A DNA stretch of 64,000 bases. Origin: Lytechinus pictus. Taxonomy: Eukaryota. A program made the position numbers and the translations under genes. Positions 1 through 13,996 of the stretch are shown here, piece by piece. How positions within the stretch are numbered: the stretch's first letter is position 1; each line of letters starts with the position of its first letter. Below the pieces are notes generated by a model. That model was not told where the DNA came from, made no database searches, and worked only from the letters and a program-made list of their open reading frames with translations. The DNA is taken from assembly GCF_037042905.1 (NCBI RefSeq), contig NC_087246.1, forward strand, positions 35,774,001 to 35,838,000, written 5' to 3'.

Positions 1-1456
1 AATTTAATCAAAATCAGAAGTAAAATATGAAATTTATGATATTTTAAAGTTTTACTTAAGCGATGAATATTTCGGTGTTATGCTTGTTAGATTATTTTGG
101 GGGGTGGACTTAAATAAAAGGGGGTTTCAAGCCCAGTGTTATAATTAAGCCTGCATAACCTAGAAAGTCCTCGCCCTATCCCTAAGATGTTATTTGGCAA
201 ACCTCCAAAATACCCCTAGACAAGTCAAGGATTTCATCCATTCTTCCTTAGGTTAGAAAAACACCAACCCCTTCAAAATTATGTTTCCGAAATGTACTAG
301 GAAAGAACCATGGTTTCAAGAAAATTGCGAATTCTGGCACCTTAAATATATGAAGTTTTGTATGAAAAGCAATGAGAGTTTCAGTGTGCAGACAGCTAGC
401 GTATCGCTCACAATGCACATGCTAGTGGAGCGATCGCGTTCCTTTTGGGGGAACTGGTATGGCGGACAATAGAACTCGCGGGCTTCAAACAAAGGACCCT
501 CCCCGCATATCCAGTTTAGAGATCAGTGGGATAAACACACATTCGACCTCCCTCCCTTTTCCTCACTTCCTTATTTATTACCTTCTTATCGGACTCCCAT
601 TGCTTCCTGTATACATGGTCTATACCTCAAAGTTTCTTTCTTCCTCACTCGACACCCCTCTCTTACTTTTTTCTTTCTCACACTCGCTTTCTCAGACACA
701 CACGCACACACTCACACCACTCACTCATCCGTGCATAAACACATATGCAACCTTTCTTTCTTTCTTATCTTCGTCTCCGACTCATATTGCTTCATTTCTC
801 CATCTAAAATTTTCTGTTCTCCTCACTCTGCACCACTCTCCTCCCTTCTCTCTCTCTCCCCCTCCCTCTCTCTCGTTCCCTCTCTCTCTCTCTCTCTTTT
901 TAAGGAAATGTTCGCTGTATGTTACTTGACAAACTTCACATTTTCATTGCTGAACAACATTGTACATTCCTAAGAAACCCAATAATATAATATATCAATA
1001 ATTTATTAGTATTCAAACTTCGATTTAGTATGAAAACAAAATATACAAACAAATTTCAATCTGGTATCTCATTCTTCAGATATACGGATCCTGCACAAGG
1101 TAATTAAGTCATCAGCTCGTACTATGACGAAGGGATTAAAGCTGTATATTGTATTGTAGTCTTTGATTAAGTGATGAGGCTCAGAATCTTATTCCGGACC
1201 TTTCGTTTGAGGACGCGCACGCTTATTTACGACGTTAGTTGATTTTGGAAGAGACTTTTTGGGCCCGTCATCATGGTCGTCCTGCAATGCAAATTGTGTG
1301 ACATGAGATTTTTTTTTCGTTTCGCATCTGCGACGGAAACATTCAATATGCGTTTCGTGTGCAAAATTTTGGTTGCTACTATGGTAACAGCGATATATCT
1401 CATTGAGGACGACGTTCCAAAGCCACATTTGACTCCTCCTAGAGCTCGAGAGGCCG

Positions 1457-1756
1457 CCCGGGGGGCCCACTTCCATTGATTAGTGGATACCAGGAGCGAC
1501 CACGCGTAAAAGGGGACAGAGTGGGCAGGTACGTTACGTATAGGCCTATGTAACGTTATAAGGGTGTCAAAACGATGTTTAAAATGCTGACAAAAAAGGG
1601 ATATCCATTACTTGTAGGGTTTCACAAGCTAAATTCTTGTTAAGAGATGCATTTTCATAATCTGGAAAAGAATTAATTCCCAGCTTGTTTAGGGTACTTT
1701 TCGAAACCCCATGGTCGTGCCTGGTATCCACTCATTAATGGAAGTGGTCCCCCCGG
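1457..1756. mobile_element. MITE with about 37-bp imperfect terminal inverted repeats
   Basis: Ends read ccggggggcccacttccattgattagtggataccagg ... cctggtatccactcattaatggaagtggtccccccgg. Confidence 0.7.
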
Positions 1757-2578
1757 AATTTGAATCTAATCCCCCATTTCTGGGGGAAGTAAAACATAAT
1801 GCCCATTACATCGTGTGCGAGAGGCATATCGTTTGTGTAGAATGAATAAACAAAATAAACAAAAGAAACAAAAAGAAACGAGTTCAAACGTATTACATAA
1901 TGGTGTGCACTTATCAACTCACGCGAAATGTTCGGCTGGAGAGGTTGATCTGACCCATGAAATCAATTGCCAGTAATACACCAATAATCCACAATAAATG
2001 TAATATCGATTCGATGGACTGTAATGATCTATATCTAAGCCTTCATTCAGTAAGTTTTTCCTCACTCAATATGTACTCGATTTGTTTGAAAAACCACTTT
2101 CTTATCCATGTCATAATCTATTTTAGGTCTGCATTTCGAATATCTCAAGCCATCAGTCGTAATATACATGCTATGTATGGTGCGAGTGTCGCAGAAAAGG
2201 ATTTTGCACACGAAAAGCAGATCTGTAGGGCCTGTAACCCCCCTGTAACACAAAGTTTAGCATTGATTGTAGAGCAGTTTTCTACGTTTGATTCTATTGA
2301 CTATAATGCACATTCAATCTTAAAAATCAAGTGTATGATTAAGCGTTAACTTTTGTGTTAGGGGACCCTAATATTAGCGTCCGTGAGGATTGCGAAAGGT
2401 CCCAATTGTCGTCCTGGAGGAGATGACATAGGATCTAAAGTAAGCAATTGTTGTTCCAGTTGACTGGTTGAAAGTGTCGTTGGAACCTGTCGGACTTGTT
2501 GAATTGTGTGTGTTCTTATAACCGGCTACCTTGGTGATAGTGACCTGCAGAATGTGTTAGTTTCTTAAGGCGTTTAGT

Positions 2579-4568
2579 TCAGACAGTCGTAGCCGGTACG
2601 GCGGTCGTTGGCCCAGGGGTAGGTGGCGGGTTCGTATTTCCCCGTCGGGTTGGCATGGTGGGAGGATGGAAAGCTCTCCTTGCTTTAAGGGCTGTTAAGT
2701 TAAAAACACACATGTTTTAATTTCATTAAAGATCTTATGATTAAGATGATGCGAAGAAGTGGCATTAAAACATGGTTCTGGTTTCATGATAATCACTTTT
2801 CTTCAACACAATTACTTTTGACCTTTTACTTTGAGTTCTGAAAGAATTCTAGGGAATATGTAATTAGATTGTGAAAGTAGTTTTGACCCTATTATTGTCA
2901 AATAAGTATAGAGAACGGGAGAGGAGATCAATTAATGGAACGAAATGAAGAGGAGGTGCCGAGTATGCAGAAAGAGAAGAAAAATAAAAAGAAGGAGAAG
3001 AAGAAGAAGAAAAGAAGAAGAAAAGAAGAACAAGAAGAACAAGAAGAATAGGAGCATAAGGAGGAAGAAGAGAATGAGGAAAATATAGGAATAATCAAAA
3101 TGTGCAATAAAACAAATAAAGGTGAAGAGAAAGATTGATAAGATATAATAACAATGATGACAAATGTGTGAAAGATTTATCAAGAAGTTATATATTTATA
3201 TCCTATCTGTCCCGTTGTTGCTGCCTTGCCTCTCATGGTCTCACTATCCGACTGGCCCATACATGAACCGTCATTTCCCCCAGTTATTTATTGTTTTGTT
3301 TATCATTTAAAACGATAATAAACAAAATACTCACTGGTACAACGATCGACGACTGTTGAAGGTGTTGCACACACGATCTCCATAGCGGCACAACCATCGA
3401 AGACCGTCTGGACAACGGAACGTTCATCGAGGTAGCAGAGTTGTTTATTGTTCGCCTGATCGAGGTAGCTCTCGACTCTGTCGCCATTGTAACCCGGAGT
3501 TTCTCTCACCCCCTCGGCGTAGTCGTGCACGTGATCGAGGACCTCAGAGTTACAGCCACCCTCGCCTCGCTTCTTCTCCTCGTATCCGGGGCAAGACTTG
3601 ATAAGATGTTCGTAGATACTTTGTTGACCATTTCCATGATGAGCTGTATAACACAAAGAGATGGGTATTGGCGGTAATGCATTTGTTAAATGTATTAAAT
3701 TTTTTAATATTAGTAACAATTCAATAGCAATAATAATAATAATATAAAATAACCGACATGGTAATAATCATATTGATATGAGCAACTAGGTTTATGATAA
3801 TGATACTGATAACAATCACAAGCGCAACAAGAAAAAAATATTCCACTATGACCCCATTGTCCCACTCCTCTGAACATGCATGTGTACTTGTACTACTTAA
3901 TTTGATATAAATTCTAGTAAAATAACAGTTTTTACTACATACGCTATTATACTACTACTACTACTACTACTACTATTACTACTACTACTACTACTTCTAC
4001 TACTATTACTACTATTACNNNNNNNNNNNNNNNNNNNNNNNNNNNNNNNNNNNNNNNNNNNNNNNNNNNNNNNNNNNNNNNNNNNNNNNNNNNNNNNNNN
4101 NNNNNNNNNNNNNNNNNNNNNNNNNNNNNNNNNNNNNNNNNNNNNNNNNNNNNNNNNNNATGCTACTACTTTTGTTTATACTAATAATGCTGGCAAATTT
4201 GCAATTGCACTTGTCTCTCCCATTTACTTACGGAATGCTTCAGATATCGCGATGTAAGATAACACAACCAGGCATATTACAGCAGTTCGTTTCATCTGAA
4301 AAAAGAAATATATATATATATATACAATCACAATCAGGTGAAGCAATGTGGAAATCACTTATAGCCTAAAGTCTTTAAAAAAGTAGTACAGTTAGTACTA
4401 CTTTTTAATTCAAACACTCTTCAATTTACTGTAACATGGAATATAAGACAGTGATATATTACAAAGAATATCTAGAATGAAGAATAAACTAAATTTCCAG
4501 ATGAAGCTAAAGCCAAAAAAATGAAATGTTTGAAGAAAATTCTACAATTCACTTACAGTTGTGGCCAT
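2579..4568 (-). CDS. G1: secreted six-Cys domain protein, 165 aa; exons 4557-4568, 4232-4295, 3335-3643, 2579-2691
   Basis: All introns are GT-AG with phases 0/1/1, and the spliced CDS (498 nt) is open: MATT|MKRTAVICLVVLSYIAISEAF|PHHGNGQQSIYEHLIKSCPGY...GCAAMEIVCATPSTVVDRCT|TLKARRAFHPPTMPTRRGNTNPPPTPGPTTAVPATTV*. It has a hydrophobic signal peptide, and TATAAATA lies at 4666-4673 (-). Intron 2 contains an N gap. Confidence 0.85.
4019..4159. other. Assembly gap (N run) within a (TAC)n microsatellite
   Basis: 141 Ns. Confidence 0.99.
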
Positions 4569-4637
4569 GTTGGATATTCAAAGATACTACGATGACTTCT
4601 TAAGGTTGCCTTAAATATTTTCTTAGCTCCTCTGCTC

Positions 4638-4673
4638 GAATGATCCCTTGAGACCGACCTGCTCATATTTATA
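4638..4673 (-). promoter_or_regulatory. G1 core promoter (TATA + Inr)
   Basis: TATAAATA lies 32 nt upstream of TCATTC, just 5' of exon 1. Confidence 0.65.
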
Positions 4674-5624
4674 CTTTTCTCACTCTCCAGGCAAACAAAC
4701 TAAACATCACTTCTTGTAGAAGAAATAAAAGAAATATGTTGCCAGCAACTGTTCATTGAGATTAAGACAATGTCCACATTAAGGACAGTGAAATAATAGT
4801 AGCCTAGAGTCAGTGGATTTGTCAATTGTCAATTCATCACAGAGAGAATGTCAGGGGGCCTCAAGCTTGCCACAATCCTTCTCAGTCACGTCGGTAGAAC
4901 CTGCGCTTTGTTTCTTTGTAAGATGGATTTCAATTGATTTGATACAGAGTGTTATGAATGAAATATTTGGATTATTGCTTGTTTCGTGACATTAAAGAAT
5001 GTGAAAGTGACCGAATTATGAGGTCAATTGACTTAAGATACTCCCACATTGAGGGAAATTATTATTTTTTTTACTTAATAGTTCACTTGGAACAACTCAT
5101 ATTGTCTCTGTTTTATTTTTGTAACCTTCAGTTTGTCCGGTACTTCAACTAGGTCTTTTCATTCCCATTCGCTTTGACATTTAGTCGAAATATTTATAGC
5201 AGCTTCAAATTCAGCAGAATGAGTATTTTGTTTCATCATTCGAATAATTAATGTGATATTTTAAATTTCCGTTACAGCGTGAATTCATCCTCTACCATAT
5301 TACATGTATAGCCTTATTTATGTTGCTTCAAATTACAACTTCTCCCTTCTTACATCTTTTGATCAATATTGCTTATATTTTTTTAGCAATTCATTAAAAA
5401 CAAATTCAAGAGAGATAAGTTCTTTTTTATATTTTAAAACGCTGTTGTAATGTATCATGTCAGACTCTCTTTATCTATTAAACTATAAATATGCTACCTC
5501 CCCTTCTCTCTCTCTCTCTCGGTTATTTCTCTATCGCACACTCATATACGCGCGCACACACCCTCCCACATACACACTACACAAACCCGCACATCAACAC
5601 ACACCCAATCGAGTAAGAGTATTG

Positions 5625-6065
5625 TTAGTCATATTCGAGTAAAAGTATCGCTAATTGTAATCAGAGGAAAGAGACTGTATAGTCAAAATCAGGTAAGTGG
5701 GGCGCTAGACATAACAACAGAAGATGGTCGCTAGTAAATAAGGTCAACGCGTCATTTTTTTAGATGAAAGGATCCCTGTTAGAAGGCCGCAGGTCATAAT
5801 AAAAGAAGAGGGTCGTTCGTCATAATCAAAGAACGAGAGTCACTCGTCACAAACAAGCAACAGGGCAGACGTTAGTCACAATCAAAAAGGGTCGCAAGTC
5901 GCAATCAGATGAGACGGTCGCTCGTCATAGTCAAGCATACGGGTCGTTACTTATAAAGAAAGGTCGTTAAGTCACATTCACGTAAGCAGGTAAGAGCGTA
6001 GCCAGTCGGAATGAGATTAGGAAGTCACTAGTCATAATATAGTATAGAGGGTCGCTAGTTTTACT
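5625..6065. repeat. Degenerate ~30-bp minisatellite (core gggtcgctagtcataatca)
   Basis: Recurrent ggtcgc/tagtcata/atcaa units upstream of G1. Confidence 0.6.
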
Positions 6066-6345
6066 CCCACAGTTATAATTACACATATGTCTACATGCAC
6101 TCTAAAAACACTGAGTAAAATTTTACCCAATATTGGGTAGAAAAGGGTCTGCGTAAGTATACTATATACTAGCAGGCTAGCATCGTCTGCTACGTAAACC
6201 AAATGAGCGAACATGACCGAAACTAACCATTATGAAGTAAAATTTATATTAATGAACTCGATTTGAGATTATATTTGAAGTTACCTATAAAGGTTACGCA
6301 AAATCATTGTTAATCATATCTATATCGTTTTACATTAAACAGGAT

Positions 6346-6666
6346 CAGTGGCGTACCTATGATTTTCCACAGGGGGGCAAATTCGTCCGCCAAAAAATAT
6401 GAGAAGCAAAACAAAAAAAAAAAAGGTCTTGAACCAAAAATAAAGGATTTCGTACCATAAAAAAATTAAACAAGCAAAAAAATTAAAAAAAGGTCTTTAA
6501 CCACAAATAAAGGATTTCGTACCAGAAAAAAATTTGACAAGCAAAAAAAAAAGGTCTTCAAGACTCGTCAGGGGGGCAGGGATATGTCAAATGCGTGGGT
6601 TGTGACTCGTCAGGGGGGCAGTCTGCCCCTCTGCCCCCCCCCCCCCCCCCCGTAGGTACGCTAGTG
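6346..6666. mobile_element. hAT-type MITE with 8-bp target-site duplication
   Basis: TIRs cagtggcgtaccta...taggtacgctagtg are flanked by AACAGGAT on both sides. Confidence 0.8.
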
Positions 6667-8744
6667 AACAGGATCTTCGCCGGACTGAATAACGGATATT
6701 GTTAAGTCCGGGCAATTCGAGAAACTAAAGAAATCGAATCTATCAAACATATCATTGTAAATTTAATAAATAGACCGTGGCGTACAAATGGTGGGTGGAG
6801 GCTTCAGGACGTCCCCCCCCCCAAAAAAAAAAAAGAAGTTATCATGACCAAGAAAAAAGCGAGAAGGGTAAAATATAATATTATTTTCTAAACATCATGT
6901 CGAAATCTATCACAAAATTGGATTTATTTAAATAAAATTGTCGAAATTTTTGCTCGCTCGCTTCGCACTCTCGTAGCATTTTATATATATTTTCCCGATA
7001 CTCTCGCTCCCCCAAAATTTTCGGCTCATTATGCCACTGGACATGAGTAAAAAATAAAACAAATTAGTTTATACGTATACTAGACAAAACAAAGCTTTAC
7101 AGTGACCAATCAGATCATTCATTTTAACAAAACGATGGTAGAGGACATGGCCCCCTAAGTAGATTATAAGTAGAAAAATTGCAGACTCTCTTATAGATAA
7201 TAATAGACTGTTAGATTAAGCTCTTTCGATGACAAGTTTTCCATGATCCCAATAATAATTGAACGAGGCAACTGATTACAAACCATTTTTAATTTGATAT
7301 TTGTGTAGTTCCTAAATCTGATTTCAATCATGTCCATTTCATATTATATTTGGGTTTATTATTATTATTTCGGTGTTCATAGTAAGCCCAACTACGTTTG
7401 TTTATGCAATGATTTAATATCATAATATTATCGTTTTCTAACCACTGGCCCTTTTGAAGTCCAAAGGAAAACGGTTTAATAAGACTCCCCATATAACAAC
7501 CCCACAGGTAAATGTTTATAATGTATAGTATTACATTTTTTACTTATTGTTTAAGTTTATTAAATTATTAAAGCGTCTCCCATTATGTATAAACAATTTC
7601 ATGTTTTTGTCTACGCATATATGTATTATAAATATATTTGCGTAAATTTATGTACATGTATCGAATTTCCTATCCCTTTAAACGCTTGCCCCCCCCCCTC
7701 GTTCTTCTCACTTTTCTCACTCTATTTAAATTGGTTTTCCCTTACTTTTGTAATTCCTCCTTCTCACTCTCCTCTTCATTATGAGATCCAATATACTTTA
7801 TTTTACCCCACTTCTCAAACTACGTGTATATTCTCTTTTTTTTTTTTTTTTCTCAAAATGAGACCTGCTTTGTTGGGTTTTTTTCAACCGACGGTCATAG
7901 AGCCTAATTTCACATTTCTATTTTAGATTTTCCTTTTACTATACGTATATAGTAGCAATCTGAATCTCTAATCTCTCTGCTATTTCTTACATTTTTCTAT
8001 CTTTCCATTTCCCATTTTCTGCCCCCTCTCTCTCCACACACTCTCCCCCTCATTCCTTCTCCCTTTCTCTCTATCTTTACCTCTCTCCAGTATTCTATCT
8101 TCTTTCTTATCCTTCCCTAATATACAAATTGTATTTATACATGTAGCAACCGAGCATTAATATACAAGTATTTATTATTCATTTATTTTATTCATTTCAT
8201 TTATATTAAATCAACAAGCAATTTATACATATACAAACATATTATGTAACAAGTAGGGTCCCTAGAATGCTTATTTAGAACAACGAAGTTTAATGAAAAA
8301 TAATTTCAGGCTTTCTTGTAATTAAATTCATTTCATTACCACATGCGTTACCTTGTGTAGCTAACACAAGAAAGAACATGTGGGACCACACCATGAACGG
8401 ACGGGTATTTTCAGTAATTTTCTTTGTATCGTCATTTGCTCATGTTTACTCTGTTATTTAACATTTTCCTGAAAAACAATCGTTTGGAAGATATCATTTA
8501 TTCATAGTTTTACAATGTAAATTCGTTATATTCTGTGAACATTTTATTATCTGCTGTTAAAAGATCTGAAATTGTGTTAACTACAACAATTGAATAAGAA
8601 AGTACGAAATGATAAAAGCTTCCAAAAGTGTACTCAAATGGAGAGAATGTGCTATTCTCGGATACTATTCATATCAGTTCTGTGTGTTCCATCTAACATC
8701 CAGTGGTTAATGTAATGTCGATGTTCGGTGATTGAGAAATGGTT

Positions 8745-11700
8745 TTAGGCGGTCATGGTAGGTTGATTGGTTGGAAAATTAGCTGTAGTAGGAGATACGG
8801 GGTTGGTTGTAGTCGGTGCCTGGGTGACGTCTGTATTGTGAAAAAGAGAAGAGTTAAAGGCAAGTTGGTTATATCTGCTGACATGTAACTGATTTTTATA
8901 TCATTGCGATCTCATTGTATTTTTTTTTTATATTGTAAACGTATGCATTTGGTAACATGCACTAATAAACTTCCAATTCCCCGTATGAGAAAAAAAAATC
9001 AATTATAAAATCCAACAACAACAACAACAATACATTAATTTGCTTAAGGAATTGTTATAACATGATGTTATGGATATCATGTTATATGAGAGGTACAAAA
9101 TAATACTTGCAAATTATTTGATATATAGATCTGAGTTCAAAATAAGTATCTTAACATGTAGATGTTTAATCGATATATACATAATTTGTAAACAATTTTT
9201 TTGCATTACTCCTATGTGTTTAAGATCGCATGCTCGATCTGTAATGAAAATTATAAGTCAGAAAAAAATGGAACCAGTGGGATTCGAACCTGCCATCTAC
9301 TGCTTTCCGGGCAGCGACTTAACCACCAGGCTATTCTGATTCACGGCTAAATCACGATGAACTGGAAATAAAATACCCTCGATCCTCTTCTTTCCGACTT
9401 CCTAGTTCCATTTTACTGACTTATGATTTTCATTACAGATCGAGCATGCGATCTTAAACACAAAGGAGTAATGCCGAAAATTTGTTTACAAATTATAATT
9501 TCCTTCTATTAAAGCCTCTTTATTTACGATATATACATGTTTTGTTTTGACCTGCGGGCTAGTAAATTAATTAAAGGTTAAATCAGATGATATAATTTCG
9601 CCTCATCACTCACCTTGGCACCTAATGAGGTTCACCTTTGAAGGACCACAAACTGCTTCCATGGCTGCGCATGCGCTGAGGATGGCGCCTCCCTTGGCGT
9701 TGCAGAAAACATTTCCCCCTTGAGCCAAGTCTAGGATCTCCTCTACCTTGTTACCATCCCAATTCTGAAAGGGACCTCGAGGTGTTTCCAGATTTTCTCC
9801 GTGTTCTTTCACGTCTTCGATCACGTTTTCAAAGTCGCAGCCGCTAGCACTTTCTTTGTTGTAGAATGCACACATCTCTAGGAGGTACCGCGTTTCCAGT
9901 GAAGTGGTAGTAATTGCTGAAAGAGAACATTGAAAAGCATAATTGGTCACATATCTTTTTTAAACCGTGCACAGTCACGTCGGCATATGCATGTATTAAT
10001 TTTCAAAAATTTGCTGTAGGATAAAAGAATAGTGTAAGTGCATATCAACGCTGCTGATCAAGGGCAGAAGTGCCATGCCGGGATTCGAACCTCGGACTGA
10101 GTGAGGTCTCTCAGACCACACAACCACTGAAAATCTACAAATCCCTCTGAATAATTCGATATTAAATGTATGACGTTAATTATAAAAGGATTGCCAAAGC
10201 CTGTCATTTACTTCCTAACCATCAACATGATCAGAGAGCGACGAACTGTGAACAATTTTAGAATAAATTAACAAAAGAGCGGGGAAGAGTTTCAGAATAG
10301 AGAATTATCTTGGGGCCTAATGAATGCAATTTGTAAACGATTTGCAGGATAGCAAATTTGAATTTTTTTGTACCGTTTATTTTTCAGTGGCATTAAGAAC
10401 GCAGTTATTTATACATGATCAGGCATGTCAAGGTTAACACGTTTATTTCTCTGTCTCTCTCTCTTTCTATGTCTCTCAAGAGAGAGAGTGAAAAAATAAC
10501 GCATGCATTCTTGAAAGTTAATTTCAACAAAAATAAACTTGAATTGTTTTCAGAGTAGTAAATAATTATCGGAGTGCCGGTAGAGTTCCTTAGAGAACAT
10601 AGGTAAATTTCGAATTAATGTAAGGTTTTGATACCTCATTAACTCTTACTGTGCCAATACGAATACCCCTTGACTGCCAGGGGTATTCGATGGAATCCTA
10701 AATTGACCGAAACGTGAGCAGCGACTGATTTTAAAACGGTCATAATTTTTTACCCGTACGTTGTATAATAAAACTTTCTAAACATGAAATGATGCATGGT
10801 TCATGGGCTTTATGGTCGTGTTATTATCTTTCATATTCGCGTTTGGAAAAATTGAGAAAATATGTAATATTTTACATCGTTTTTTTTCAATAAGTAAAAC
10901 CTAGAAAATAATGATTTCATGAACATTTCAAAGAGTAAATAACCTGAGGAATTGTAGAGATACCAAGAAATTACGAAGATAAAATGAAAGTTCAATGTTT
11001 AACCTTTCAAATGACGTATCTATTTATGATATTGAACAAACAGAAATAACGAAAAAGTATGCTCTTTTGAATGAAATACTATTTTGCTATTCAAGTTATT
11101 TCCTCTGAAGTACGAGAGAGTATGTATAAAGGCATTGTCGTCGATCAAGTGACCAATCACAGCACAGCTGCGATCCCCACGCAAACACACACAACAATAT
11201 ATTAGTGCCATGTATCTTCAAAGTGCGGCCAACCATACCCTTTCATTCTATAGTCTTCAAAATAAGACTCTGTAATTTTTTTTATTCGTAGTGTAAAAAA
11301 CAAAGTTATTGCCAGTCAGAAGGAGACAAAATATAAAAGAACTAAAGATGATATATTGAAATATAGATAAAGAGGGGTCGGACAGATTCAATACTTACAA
11401 GTTTGGGGTATAAAATCCCACAAAATAATATGGGCGTTCTTGGCAAAGTGCACAGAAGTAAGAAAAAAAAAGTTTAAATTTTTTTGTGAATCAAAGAAGA
11501 GGGAATGCAGATCAGTTACAAACAACAAAATCAATACAAATTTTCAAAAATAAAATAGGCCTATTTGTTCTGTATTACTGGTCTGACCAAAGTAGCCACC
11601 TGTTAACATTCTACGTGAGTACATTCTTTTGTTCATGCCACCAAGTCATGAACAATAGATGCCCAGACTCTCTTTCATGAGGAATCTCTAATCCGCGCTC

Positions 11701-13896
11701 CCTCCTGACCTATTATCTAAAAGAAGAGTAATTTAGCACAGGATGTTCATAGAAATCGGGGCTCACGCGTGTCTTTTGATTTGACTTTTGAATACTTTCA
11801 AAGGTTCCGGTATTGATTTCTTATGGGTGACCCAGGTAAAGAGAAAACAATTTGCCCCCCCTACAGAAAAATCCTGCATCCGCCCAGGGCCTCCCCAGCT
11901 CGTAGCACTATCCATGGTAAAAGAAATAATTTGTTCAGATAACATAGTGTACAATAATATGCGTGGTATAAAGAATTGTAATATTCAACCCGTCATCATC
12001 ATTATCATTTCCATTTCTACTCTCTAAAGTCGATTTAAAATCCCCTTGATAGTGACGTCAATGATGCAGCAACTAACAGGTCGGTCTAATCGGTTTTGTT
12101 AATGTATCCCTTTCTTTCTTTTCCTAAAAACATCTGATATCACTTTATAAACTCCGTTTACTTTTTCTCTGACCAATGGTTTGATTTAGCAAAGGAAAAA
12201 CATCCACCTTGAAAAAAAATAAATCTTGAGACGAATAAAGCGGTATTATCGGCCGTTTTAATTATTACATTTATTTTTCTGCTTCTTCCTATTTAATTCG
12301 AGGAAAATATTGAACGATTCATCTTTTTTTGAGAAGTTTGAATATGATATTGATAAGCATAACAATAATTTTTTTAATGATTTGGGCTGTAAAAACACAA
12401 ACGAATATGAACCGTTATTTACCTGATCTTAAGTTTATGAAGAGAGAGTTTGGCTGCAGAAGGAATGCAATTGATATGATTACAACAATTATTTTTGAAT
12501 AATAATCATGATGATGATGATGATAATTCTGATGGCAATAACATTAATAATAATAAAAAGAAGGTGAAGGAGAAAAATAATGATAATAATAACAATAAAA
12601 ATAATGATTATGATAATAGTAATACTAATAATGATAATAATGATAACAATAATAAATGAATAAATAAATAATGAGTGTGATTATTGCAGTGCGCATACGA
12701 GAGTTGGAAATGACAGCCTTCTTTACTCATATATTTATAACGAGAACATTTTTGTGAGAATGCTAAAAACAAAGTATAAGACCTTTCCCCCGCCCCCTCC
12801 CCCACCCCCCCCAAAAAAAAAATCTCTCCCAAACCGTGCACATTTGCAGGCAGAAAGAGCCTTGACACAAGAATACTACCATACGGGCCTGCAAAAGACC
12901 CGATCGATAGCTCATGAATATTCATGTAACAATAGCGAATGGGCGAGTAGTGTTGGGTGAGGAACATCGTACCGCTCTGTCATTGGTCAGTTCCGAGCTG
13001 AATGCCTTTGCACATTCGCCTTTGCTCTGCCCATAGAAGTATGTGTATTGCTACACACAACCGTTATATCACACGTGTCTATAGGGGAAATCTTGATTCA
13101 GATCGCGGCAATATCCAAAATCAACTCTTCAAAATAATGATGCAAAAATACAATTTTACTCAAAAAATGTCTATGTAAACCACTATTTTTTATATGATAA
13201 AATGAATTGTGAATTAATTGCCAGTATAACAACATTAAAAACACATAATATGGTGTTGATTTTCTGGCTGTAAAATTGGTTAAACAAAAAAAAATATTTG
13301 GGCACGTATACGTGCCAATGGCACTAGAGGGCTAAGGGCACGCATAGCTGCCAATGGCTCTTAAAGAGTTAAACCAAGAAATTGTATTCTTTAAAGCCAA
13401 ATGAAGGGGGGGGGGTAAAACATTGAACATTGTAAACAGCTCCGACATATAATGTTATACTTACGTTGCCCTTTCACATACGTCAAGGCTACCAAGCACA
13501 GACAACCAACAATGGTGATTTTCATCTGTGAAGTGGGAAATAAAGGTAAATAAGTAATAATAACGTAACGAAACTGATATAGGTTATCTGTATAACCTAC
13601 ATTTCTTCCTTTGTAGGTGCGTGTCTATATCACCCGTCTAAGCTCGTCTACCGAATCCGGTCCTCGCAGCTTTTTTTAGAGGAATCATTTCCTGTCGAGA
13701 CCCATACCATTATTTTTTTTTAATCGATAAATTAAATAATGTAAAATTTGAATAAACAATGAGATAAACATAATGAAATTACATGACGAAACATTCCTGG
13801 GGCAGGATGGAATGATTCATACCGCCACCTTAATCTTAATATAACATAATATTAACATAATCTTAATCAAATAAGTATACTTACACTACTTGCCAT
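8745..13896 (-). CDS. G2: secreted six-Cys domain protein, 153 aa; exons 13885-13896, 13465-13525, 9614-9916, 8745-8830
   Basis: Spliced CDS 462 nt: MASS|MKITIVGCLCLVALTYVKGQ|PITTTSLETRYLLEMCAFY...ACAAMEAVCGPSKVNLIRCQ|DVTQAPTTTNPVSPTTANFPTNQPTMTA*. Splice sites are canonical with the same phases as G1. TATAAATA at 13989-13996 (-). Confidence 0.85.
9181..9496. mobile_element. MITE with ~95-bp TIRs enclosing a tRNA-like Pol III cassette (9269-9342, -)
   Basis: Arm ataatttgtaaacaa...gatcgcatgctcgatctgtaatgaaaa is repeated in inverse at the right end. The interior has an A box, a B box (GGTTCGAATCC) and a T7 run. Confidence 0.75.
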
Positions 13897-13958
13897 GATG
13901 GTGGATGATCGAGAAGCTGTGTAAAAATCTATCAGTAAACGCTTACTGTAATGTAATC

Positions 13959-13996
13959 GAATGTTATAGGGAACTAATTTTGCTTCAGTATTTATA
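13959..13996 (-). promoter_or_regulatory. G2 core promoter (TATA + weak Inr)
   Basis: TATAAATA lies about 34 nt upstream of ACATTC. Confidence 0.55.

Noticed and set aside
459-973. Hydrophobic ORFs suggesting membrane proteins (also 2932-3183, 32184-32576, 44141-44568, 52539-52991)
   Set aside because: They arise from CT/GA microsatellites and low-complexity tracts.
3335-3643. Assignment of the six-Cys domain to saposin, insulin, CHH/ITP or odorant-binding-protein families
   Set aside because: The diagnostic CxxC, CC or C-x3-C spacings are absent, so no gene symbol was assigned.
9269-9342. Functional tRNA gene
   Set aside because: The T-stem is mismatched, C occupies the conserved U33 position, and it sits inside TIRs. 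Treated as tRNA-derived.
10639-13372. Possible piggyBac-like element (ttaa|ctctt...aagag|ttaa) in G2 intron 2
   Set aside because: The terminal match is only a few bases, too weak to define an element.
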